From Amoebidium appalachense (Eukaryota; Protista; Ichthyosporea): DNA of 64,000 nucleotides. The stretch spans positions 4,774,001 through 4,838,000 of the forward strand of contig CAVNZM010000014.1 of NCBI GenBank assembly GCA_963693365.1. The letters run 5' to 3'. Below the pieces are notes generated by a model. It did no database searches, had not been told where the DNA came from, and saw only the letters and a list, made by a program, of their open reading frames with translations. A program made the translations under genes and the position numbers. This document shows, one piece after another, positions 58,118 through 64,000 of this stretch. The stretch's first letter is position 1. Each line of letters opens with the position of its first letter.

Positions 58118-58971
58118 ACAGACACACACACACACGCACGCACGCACACACAGACACACCAATGAATACACAAATCCTGTCATGTGGCTCATGCATCCAC
58201 ACACAGTGCCGGTCTCTCCGTTGTTGTCTCTTTGAACCCACCCACCGACCACCTCCGTCCCTGCCCCTCCCCCCCCCCCCCCTCCCCCTCTCCCCCCCAA
58301 ACCTTCCCGCTCCCCCCTATGTGTACCTAATCTCCGTAACACAGTCAACCCGTCCCCCCCCCCCTCCCCCCTCCCAAGCACACACACGCACACACACACA
58401 CACACACGAACATGGGAATTTTTCCCTGCTTCGGATGCACAGCATGTGTGTGTGCTGTTTTGCAGAATCCGCCTCTTGTTTCCGTCATTAAATTGCACTT
58501 CATAATCTGAAACCCCCCCCCCCCCCCCCCCCCCCCTCTCCCCCACCATGAAATCTCAGGGTGACAGAATATTCAATGCCACGGACACACTTCTACTTCA
58601 TGCTGAGGCCATCTCCGCCCAGCCAGGGGGGGTCTCAATGCCGCAATTTGGGGGCAGCGGACGGGCCACCTTGCGGCCAAAGGCCTCAAAGGTAATCAAA
58701 ATCATCATAATTGCCCCCCTGTCCCCCCCTTCCCCCCTCCCCCCTTCCCCCCCCCCGGCCTCCTCGTCCTTCCCCCTCCCCCCTTCCCCACCCCCTCCCC
58801 CCTCCCCCCTCGCCTGTCCCCTCCCCCCTTCCCACGCCATTTTTTTCACCTGCCCAGCCAAAGAAAATACCCAACAAGCAACAGTAGGAACACAATAATA
58901 AATAACGAAATAAGCACACACATGACCCCCCCTCCCCTCCCCCCCCCCCCCCCCCCCTCCCCTCCCCTCCT

Positions 58972-59002
<31 letters not shown>

Positions 59003-59872
59003 CACCCATCCAATCACCCCTCCCCCGGGATTCTCGTGCGACCACAAAAAAATTGACTACCACAACCCTCATCTCCCTTCCCCGCCCCAAATAACAACAC
59101 AGGCAAAAAAAAAAAAAAAAGAAGAAGAAGAAGAAGAGGAAGAAGAAGAAGAAGAAAAAGAAAAAAGAAACGAAAACTCAGCCACCTGTATCCCCCCTAG
59201 GACATAGCCAAGCCCAGCTACCCCGTCAGCCCTGACGACAGCAGCAATCCCCCAACACCCTCTCCAGACTCTGTGAAGATCGAAAAACCCCAATTTACGC
59301 CACGTAGGGCTAGCTTGCGCACAAAGGTAACCAGCCCTCCCCCCCCCCTCCCCCCCCCCCCCCCCTCCCCTCCCCCCCGGACACTTGCCCAATCCGCCCA
59401 GCTCCCTCCCCCTCCCCCCTGTCCTGCGCCCCAATCTCCCTCCCTTTCAAAAACTAGTAAGTAAGAAAGAAAGAAAAAGAAAAATGAAAAGATGAAAAAT
59501 GAAAAAGAGGAGAAGGACAAAAAGAAGCAAGGGTTTGGGAACCACACACGAGAGGTCAAAGAGTGAACAAGTCTCTCGTTATTACTATTACTGTTATTAG
59601 TATTATAAGTTATCAGTATTAGTATTATTATTACTATTATTACTATTAACTAATCCTATTATTACATTACTATTATTAGTATTATTATTAGTATTATTAT
59701 CAGTGTTATCATTATTATTACTATTATCAATATTATTACTATTACTACTATTATTATTATTGCTACGACACGAACCCCTCTGATGGAGTCCTCTGCACAC
59801 AAATATTGTCTGCCTGCGATGTCTTTCGCTGTGTTGTTACCATTGACCTTTTAAAGTAAACATGCCCCCCCC

Positions 59873-59936
<64 letters not shown>

Positions 59937-59951
59937 CCCTCCCTCCCCCTC

Positions 59952-60026
<75 letters not shown>

Positions 60027-60153
60027 GCACTTATGGTAGTGGGTGCTCTTCATATAATGCGCTTTGTTTGTACTTATCAGCAGCAGTGGTAGTGGTGTCG
60101 TCGTGAATGTGTATTCGTGCTCTGTAACAAGTTTTGACCTGCCCCTCCCCCCC

Positions 60154-60184
<31 letters not shown>

Positions 60185-60259
60185 ACACACACTCTCTCTC
60201 TCTCTCTCTCTCTCTCCCCATCCCCTCCTCCCCCCGCCATTCCCTCCCTCCGTCCCTCC

Positions 60260-60290
<31 letters not shown>

Positions 60291-60695
60291 CTCTCCCCCC
60301 TCCCTTCCCGTCCCTTCCTTCTCCCCCCCCCCCCCCCCCCCCCCCCCCACCCACCCACCCCCCATCCCCCACCCCACCCCCTTTTTTTCCTTTTTCAATA
60401 GGACGAGAAAGAAGCGGCCGGGAAGCGCAAAGCCAGTCTCCCTGACAGTGTTATTACGGGGCAGGAGAGAGACAGCCTATTGGTTAATGCGGCACCCATA
60501 CCCTCTGATGACCAAGATGGGTTGGGGATAGAGTTTACTAAGGCTAGCCCAAAAATAAGACCTAGGTCAAAGTCGGTGAGTGCTCTTTTTCCGTTTTATT
60601 TTAGCAACAGGAATAATATCGCCACCAACAACAGCAAGCACCAATCAAGTACACACAACAACCACAGCAAACACAAAGTGCGCACAACGACAATA

Positions 60696-60744
<49 letters not shown>

Positions 60745-60947
60745 CACACACATGCACACACGGTTAGCTATCTATCTCATGCCGCATAATTCTTCATGTT
60801 AGGGTTTGGGCCGCTACCACACTTGCTGTGTCGTGCGTGTTGTACACATTTGTACTTGGTCCATTTTTTTGCGCTCTCTAACCGACAACAACAACTACTA
60901 TGCATAAACCCGCACACACGCATGCGCGCGCGAGCACACACACACAT

Positions 60948-61007
<60 letters not shown>

Positions 61008-62633
61008 CAGGTGGCGGCACCCCAAAAGAATGAATATCAGCCCGGATCAGACCAGTCGGATTATTTAACGATGGAGGAAATGAAAATCCCTGACCAGCCC
61101 CCTCCACCTCCTATACCGGTATTCCCCCCTTCCCCCCCCCCCCCCCCCCCCCCCCCCCTCCCCCGAAAAAAATAAAAATAAAAATAAAATAAAAAATAAA
61201 GCCAAACGAAAAAAAGTGAAATAAAACAAGCTTAAGAAACAGTTGTTGCCTGTCTTCAAGCTCTGTGTTCCGATGTGCATGTCCCTAGTGACCCCTTGTT
61301 TTGCCGTTAGTATATTGAGTCGTTACAGTCGGAACATAACAACTAGCTGCATTTTTCAATTCATGATTTCAATTACAAAATGACCCACCTGTTTGTCAAG
61401 TTAAAATTTAAGCTTCTAAGTTTTAAAATCCCCGCCTTTTTCTCACGTGCTGTTTCCATATTTAGGCGCCCAACCGGCCTCTCTCCAAGCCCCGGCCCCC
61501 ACCCCTCAGTCCGGTTGTGGGTTCCCCGGCCACTCCAAAGGCCCAGGTGGATGCCATTATCCACCAATCAAAGTGCAGTGTGCTGATATTTAGCTAATAG
61601 GAGAAGGCCATTCCCTGCTGTCACTCAATGGCATTTTAAGTCACTTACGTAGCTTTCTGCATCCCCCCCCCCCCCCCCCCTGGGAAAAAACAATATTAAT
61701 AAGATAAAATGAAAATAAAATATACAAATAAACATAAAGCGTAAATAAAGAAAATGAAGAGTTCCCACATGCACCATCACAGGCATCTTGCTCTCCTTTG
61801 TCTATCTTTGCGCTCTAATCTGTCTTCGTACCCGGTAACACATCCTTACCCCCCCCCCCCCCCCCCCCCCCCCCCGAGGATGAGCACTGCTTGTTTTACA
61901 TACTGAGTGCATTGCTGATGTTGCATACTTATATGTTTGCTTTTGCGTGTGTCCTGCACCGTGTTTCTCGTCGTGTTGTTGTACTTCGTACAGTGTTCCG
62001 CATTCCAACCCCATCCCCCTCCCCTCCCTTTCTCTCCCCCCCCCCCCCCCCCCCCCCCCTTCCTCTTCTTCACAGCTGTCCGTTTCCAGCATCAGTCTGG
62101 AATGTTCCGCCGTTCCCGCACCCACTCACGTGTTTTCGACTGTGGAGGTTGGGACCGTGACCAAGTGTGCTGCTACTGATTGCAACGCACCCATACAACC
62201 GTATGTGCTCCCCCCCCCCCTCCCCCCCCCAAACATGGGCTCTGCTTAGAATGATTGCATACTCTTTAGTCGTGCATTGTGTTGTCAGTCGTGAATCGTA
62301 CTCTGTTTGCCTCTCCTATCCCCTCCCCCCCCCCCCCCCCCCCTCCCCCCTTCTCCTGCCCCACCCCTCTCCAGGCCCTCCCCCTAAAAGAGTCCCGCCA
62401 CACACACCATTTTTTCCGAAGATTTTCCCATCGACTACGTCTCCCCACCCTAACGATTCCTCTTCGGCCCACCTTCGGGGGTATTCCTAATGAGTTAGAC
62501 GGGCTTCACGAACTTAATTTTTCTTTAAGGGTATCGTCATTGCGTTGTCTGTTTCCGTGTGTGATCGTAGTGCGTAGCACGTCCTAACCCCTAATTCCTC
62601 CCCACCCCGTGTTCTACCCTCCTGCGTTTCATT

Positions 62634-62693
<60 letters not shown>

Positions 62694-62733
62694 CAATCCA
62701 CCCCTCCCCCACCCCCCACCCCCTCCCCCCCCC

Positions 62734-62785
<52 letters not shown>

Positions 62786-63531
62786 ACACACACACACAGT
62801 GGGTTGGCGCTGCAGTGCACACAGTGTTTCGAGAATCTTCACCACGAGTGTCAGTGTCGTGGCACAGTTTCGGTTTGCACCCCCTCCAGACACGTGTTTG
62901 TGGATGTGAACTATGAGCCACCCCCAAAGCCATGCAGCCACTGCAAAACGGAGCTACTTTCCGGATTCGGAGGCCCCCAGTGCCAGAAATGCGGGTATGT
63001 TCCGGAAATTAGATGTCAAATTTCCCGTATTCTGTATGCATCGGGATTATAAAACTCAAATATTCCGTATTCTGTAACTTCAAATGATCCTGAATTTTTC
63101 ATTTCCGGCATGCCTCGAATTCTGCAGTTTCTCATTTCTTGAACTTTTTGTACGAGATGTTTTGGAATTTCTCGTAATCTCGTGTTCTGGGATTGGTCAC
63201 GTGAGTGTCATCACCCCGATCTTGTATTGCTATGATGCATTGCCCCCCCCCCCCCCCTTTTTTTTCCCCCTGCTGCCTCCCTCCCCCTTTATCTTGTGTT
63301 GTGTATTCTTTTTTTTTCTGTGTATGTGTGTGTGCCCTCATGTGGAACCTGATTTATGCCTCGAGACGTGCATGTATTTACTGTTTACTGTGTCATTCAC
63401 TTTGTGAGCTGCAGTCTAACCCTTCTTCCCTCACCCCCTCCCCCCTCCTCCTTCCCTTTCCATCTCGTCGTCTCCTGTCTACAACACACACACGCATGCA
63501 CACACACACACACACACAACTCACTCACACA

Positions 63532-63619
<88 letters not shown>

Positions 63620-63705
63620 GCCATGGTGTGTGGGTTCTGTATGAACCAGGCGATGACCGAACCATGCAAGCCAATACCAAAGCCCAATCCAAGGTTTTGC
63701 CCCCT

Positions 63706-63740
<35 letters not shown>

Positions 63741-64000
63741 CGCCACCCACCCACCCACCCGCCCACCTCCCCCCCCACCCACACGCTTGCAGTTATGCAC
63801 ACACGCACACACACACACAAACACACACACACACACACACACACAAACACCATATCCAAAAAGGGAAACGTGTCTTCAAAAGTTGTGTTTTTTTTTCCTG
63901 TTTCCTTCCACCTTTCCAGTACACAACCCCTTCTTCCCTTTGCCTTCTTGATGCAATATCAGTTCAAGAGAACTCCGGCTCTTCCACCCACTTGACCACT
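53812..64000 (+). CDS. Multi-exon protein: Golgin-A7/ERF4-like N-terminus, Pro-rich linker, tandem C1 zinc fingers; 3' end outside the window
   Basis: Phase-consistent GT-AG exons 53812-54040, 55402-55538, 56190-56321, 57757-57795, 58560-58691, 59201-59326, 60402-60575, 61011-61118, 61466-61546, 62076-62200, 62800-62994, 63619-63693, 63963 onward. C1a HVF..KC..DC..LQCTQC..HHEC..C; C1b HVF..PCSHC..QCQKC..VCGFC..C. The N-terminal family call is weak, and this could be two genes. Confidence 0.7.
56442..56578 (+). repeat. Short (~135-bp) poly-C-flanked repeat, subfamily B
   Basis: Similar to 61875-62009 and to the reverse complement of 22309-22388; shares GGGCTCTG and GCATTCAAA ends with the 750-bp family. 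Confidence 0.75.
59579..59761. repeat. Degenerate (TAT/TAC/TAG)n trinucleotide tract in an intron
   Basis: Directly visible AT-rich triplet repeat. Confidence 0.9.
61875..62009 (+). repeat. Short (~135-bp) poly-C-flanked repeat, subfamily B
   Basis: Aligns with 56442-56578 (GCATTGCTGATGTTGCATACTT..TGTTTGC..GTGTCCTGCACC..TCTCGTCGTGT). Confidence 0.75.

Noticed and set aside
59603-59800. Poly-Asn ORF on minus
   Set aside because: Lies antisense within an intron of the plus-strand gene; a simple triplet repeat.

Overview
Eukaryotic nuclear DNA, organism not identifiable from the sequence alone, saturated with poly-G/C, (GT/CA)n and (GA/CT)n tracts; most ORFs in the supplied track are microsatellite artefacts. 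Manual exon tracing supports three intron-rich genes: a minus-strand Integrator subunit 8 (INTS8) homolog (24.5 kb to beyond base 1), a minus-strand orphan 7TM/GPCR-like gene (32.5-28.1 kb), and a plus-strand gene (53.8 kb to beyond the window end) with a Golgin-A7/ERF4-like N-terminus, a Pro-rich middle and tandem C1 zinc fingers. Between them (about 33-53 kb) is a transposon nest. It holds a decayed Helentron-like ORF (OTU-like + DUF6570) interrupted by a 1.3-kb composite retroposon (13-bp TSD, hairpin VNTR, structured 3' RNA, A-rich tail), a hAT MITE, and a piggyBac-like element carrying a THAP-DDE ISL2EU transposon and a Harbinger deletion derivative. Also present: a dispersed repeat family tied to poly-G/C runs, recurrent duplications of INTS8 exon boundaries, and four +1 frameshifts at G/C homopolymers. 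All homology calls come from recalled motifs, not database searches.
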